Source of the DNA: Haloferax volcanii DS2
Lineage (GTDB): Archaea > Halobacteriota > Halobacteria > Halobacteriales > Haloferacaceae
Direction of reading: 5' to 3'
NCBI RefSeq assembly: GCF_000025685.1
Contig: NC_013966.1
Coordinates: 300,001-332,000, forward strand
Length of the DNA: 32,000 nucleotides
The number at the start of each line of letters is the position of its first letter. Within the stretch, counting starts at the first letter, position 1. Shown here piece after piece: positions 31,609 to 32,000 of this stretch. Under the pieces are notes generated by a model. That model did no database searches, was not told where the DNA came from, and worked only from the letters and a program-made list of their open reading frames with translations. The position numbers and the translations under genes are program-made.

Positions 31609-32000
31609 TCAGGCCCCCGGAACCCCAGACTGTCCATCGTTGGGGCGGAAGAGGCGGCCGATTCGTCGGGCTAGAGTGCCGAGGGCGAATCCAAGGATTC
31701 CGATGGGGATACCCCAGAGTAGTGCGAGGAACAGCGCAGTTCCGAGCGTCTCGACGGCACCGACTGTCTCGAAGTGCATCGCCGTCGTGCCGAAAAGCCG
31801 ATGAAGGTTACTCGGTGAGAAGTGCGCAATCGGCAGTCCGTATCTGGAGAGACCAATCCCGAAGATGGGGCCCATCACGAGAGCTATCGACGGCACCAAC
31901 CCCGAGTTTTTCGTCGAGAAGATTGTCGCGAGCGCCACGAGCGTACTCAACCCGAGGAGGGCGACAGCGGTGGGTCCAGTGGTGCTCCAGAGACCTGCAA
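31609..32000 (-). CDS. membrane protein, 5'-partial (continues beyond window end)
   Basis: The hydrophobic product has no stop in frame between 31950 and 32000 by hand translation ('AGLWSTTGPTAVALLG' precedes the TTG at 31950), so the gene probably starts outside the window. Confidence 0.55.
   Translation of the reverse strand, partial: AGLWSTTGPTAVALLGLSTLVALATIFSTKNSGLVPSIALVMGPIFGIGLSRYGLPIAHFSPSNLHRLFGTTAMHFETVGAVETLGTALFLALLWGIPIGILGFALGTLARRIGRLFRPNDGQSGVPGA

Noticed and set aside
31487-31804. 105-codon plus-strand ORF.
   Set aside because: It is basic and Arg/Pro/Ser-rich, and it is antisense to the hydrophobic 31609..32000 membrane protein ORF, which has the better coding character.
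1-32000. Looked for CRISPR arrays, rRNA or tRNA genes and long tandem repeats.
   Set aside because: By eye I found no regularly spaced direct repeats of 25-40 bp, no rRNA-like conserved blocks and no cloverleaf-compatible segments. A computational scan (tRNAscan, CRISPR finders, Rfam) would be needed to be definitive.

Overview
The window has high GC and an acidic predicted proteome with Tat/lipobox signals, which is typical of a haloarchaeon (class Halobacteria). I found no rRNA, tRNA or CRISPR array. It falls into two parts. (1) Positions ~1,600-22,650 hold a dense catabolic and transport island. It encodes an APC permease and a five-gene PotABCD-type ABC importer (two tandem ATPases, two permeases, one Tat-lipoprotein binding protein) interleaved with amidohydrolases and redox enzymes: an M20 N-carbamoyl-amino-acid/beta-ureidopropionase-type amidase, an LLM flavin/F420-type oxidoreductase, two SDRs, a polysaccharide-deacetylase-fold protein, an L-asparaginase and a dihydropyrimidinase/hydantoinase. 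These are followed by a highly divergent group II chaperonin (thermosome) paralog, methylmalonate/malonate-semialdehyde dehydrogenase, a class III aminotransferase and an Lrp/AsnC regulator. Together this reads as a hydantoin or (dihydro)pyrimidine to beta-amino acid to acyl-CoA route that lacks a recognisable dihydropyrimidine dehydrogenase. (2) After a low-GC junction (~22,650-23,930) carrying a truncated, frameshifted IS4-family transposase remnant comes an accessory island. Its centrepiece is a halocin C8-type archaeocin precursor (Tat signal, long pro-region, 77-aa C-terminal hydrophobic peptide with 10 Cys). This gene sits 10 nt upstream of a membrane-anchored zinc-ribbon protein and is divergent from a wHTH regulator whose start codon is preceded by a 24-bp near-perfect palindrome. 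Downstream are three successive pairings of an HTH regulator with small membrane proteins and two paralogous polytopic membrane proteins. The halocin locus with these uncharacterised regulator and membrane-protein neighbours is the best candidate for an undescribed production, immunity or sensing system. The degenerate thermosome paralog next to the hydantoinase is the second most unusual item. Most long antisense ORFs in the six-frame track are Arg/Pro/Gly-rich shadows of real genes.
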